Of a DNA stretch of 64,000 nt, positions 63,085-64,000 are shown piece after piece. A program made the translations under genes and the position numbers. The DNA is taken from positions 64,182 through 128,181 of the forward strand of contig MNRP01000056.1 in the NCBI GenBank assembly GCA_001916005.1, given 5' to 3'. The stretch comes from Clostridium sp. 26_22. Lineage in GTDB: Bacteria > Bacillota > Clostridia > TANB77 > CAG-508. The number at the start of each line of letters is the position of its first letter. The stretch's first letter is position 1. Under the pieces are notes generated by a model, which saw nothing but the letters and a program-made list of their open reading frames with translations, made no database searches and was not told the DNA's origin.

Positions 63085-63399
63085 CTATTTTAATCCTAAT
63101 TTAAAAAGAGCAAATGCTACTATTGCATAGAATAAATAATCGATCAACTTATCCCATTTCATCCCTTTTACTTTATCTGTTTTAGTAGATTCCTCTACTA
63201 TTGCTTTATCATGTTTATCTAGCTTTTCATTTATGCCTGAAATGTTTTTTTCTACATTTCCCATTCTGTAATCCATCTTTTCCATGATTTTGTATGTGTT
63301 TTGTAACTCTTTTATTTGTTCATCATGTTCATCTATTCTTTTTGTATTGGACTTCGCTCTTTCTTCTAAATGTGCAATTGCAATTTCTGGACTATCCAT
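63085..63399 (-). CDS. xhlA: XhlA-like (hemolysin XhlA family) lysis-associated protein
   Basis: Coiled-coil N-terminus (LEERAKSNTKRIDEHDEQIKELQ) with a single C-terminal TM. ATG 63399 after GAGGAG. Confidence 0.65.
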   Translation of the reverse strand: MDSPEIAIAHLEERAKSNTKRIDEHDEQIKELQNTYKIMEKMDYRMGNVEKNISGINEKLDKHDKAIVEESTKTDKVKGMKWDKLIDYLFYAIVAFALFKLGLK

Positions 63400-63541
63400 C
63401 GGCTTTCTCCTCTCTTGTAAAATTAATAAAAAAAGCAAAAAAACAACGCTTTAAAATCAATTTTAAGGCGTTTATTTTTTTACTTAATATACTTTTATTG
63501 CCTGAATTCAAGGCATTTATGGACTTTTGCTCTGAAAGCAA

Positions 63542-63685
63542 TTACTCATAATCTTCTTTAGTTATTTCTTTGTATTCTTCTGCCGTAATCCACTTTCCAA
63601 CTGCATTATATACTCTTGCTTCATTCCAAATTCCATTATCATAATAGTTTTTTACCTTTTCAAAATTTTTGCTATGTTCGTTCAT
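63542..63685 (-). CDS. xkdX: XkdX family phage protein, 47 aa
   Basis: Not in the ORF track. MNEHSKNFEKVKNYYDNGIWNEARVYNAVGKWITAEEYKEITKEDYE matches the XkdX pattern (VK.YY..G.W....V...V.KG.IT.EEY..IT). RBS GAGGAGG. Confidence 0.7.
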   Translation of the reverse strand: MNEHSKNFEKVKNYYDNGIWNEARVYNAVGKWITAEEYKEITKEDYE

Positions 63686-63688
63686 TGA

Positions 63689-63952
63689 CTACACCTCCTC
63701 AAGATCAACATCAGTCATCATTGCTAGATATTCTATATCTGCTTTTGTTTTTATTTTATCAATTTCATCTGCAGATAATTGTCTTAATACAAAATAATAG
63801 CCATCTTCATAATGAACAATTTGTACTAATTCTACATGTTCAAGTTCTTCAGATGTTTTATCAGTTTCATTTTCAATTGTAATTTTTGATAATTTACCTT
63901 TAAAATCATCTTCAGTTATTTTTGTTTTTGAAATATAATTATTTCCACTCAA
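63689..63952 (-). CDS. Phage protein (XkdW position)
   Basis: ORF upstream of the XkdX-like gene with C-terminal IEYLAMMTDVDL. Start codon uncertain (TTG in track). Confidence 0.4.
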   Translation of the reverse strand: MSGNNYISKTKITEDDFKGKLSKITIENETDKTSEELEHVELVQIVHYEDGYYFVLRQLSADEIDKIKTKADIEYLAMMTDVDLEEV

Positions 63953-64000
63953 TTTTAAGTCTTTAAGTTGTGTTCCATCAGATAACGTAATTTTCCATGA

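Larger units (their letters stand above)
60440..64000. mobile_element. End of a prophage or PBSX-like element (continues beyond the window)
   Basis: XkdX, XhlA-like, holin and amidase order on the minus strand, plus XRE regulator and small ORFs at the inner end. Confidence 0.6.

Overview
This is a very AT-rich Firmicutes/Clostridia-type chromosome segment from a spore former (spoIIM, cotJABC). No rRNA genes or CRISPR arrays were seen.

Layout:
- **1 to about 50.3 kb, core genome.** Genes are mostly on the minus strand. They include a GT-C/GT2 glycosylation pair, dgkA, alpha-amylase, tyrS, a UPF0182 protein, ftsY, xerD-spoIIM, an EndoQ-like protein, rnhA, tmcAL, glgP, a P-type Ca-ATPase, rbgA-mrnC, ireB-ruvX-DUF1292, cotJABC, pyk, pgi, an acyl-CoA ligase, dprA, folD, ligA, a sortase, a HIT protein and a short alaS. 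There are five tRNAs: Thr-CGU, Glu-CUC, and a Val/Asp/Phe cluster.
- **About 50.4 to 64 kb, accessory region.** It holds an orphan three-gene block, an RluA-family gene, a roughly 7 kb integrative mobilizable element (IME), and the end of a prophage. The IME carries a T-box-regulated second TyrRS, dinD, a MobV relaxase with an oriT-like region, and a large serine recombinase. The prophage end has a PBSX-like lysis cassette (XkdX, XhlA, holin, amidase with three CW_7-like repeats).

Most unusual observations:
1. Three separate frame breaks (one in tyrS2, two in the serine recombinase) are each caused by one extra C directly before a conserved Gly codon. Each creates an in-frame CGG, a codon I could not find in-frame in any conserved housekeeping gene here.
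2. A Tyr-rich upstream ORF (uORF) lies between the Tyr T-box terminator and tyrS2.
3. A 778 aa TadZ/ParA-like protein carries two AT-hooks and four ILPGF[ED] repeats.
4. An unlisted 38 aa Cys/Gly-rich peptide gene lies between pgi and the acyl-CoA ligase.
5. A stand-alone MutS domain-I-like protein is coupled to an XRE regulator.
6. The AlaRS is short and lacks the C-Ala domain.
7. Two tandem pilin-like paralogs share a near-identical 5' cassette.
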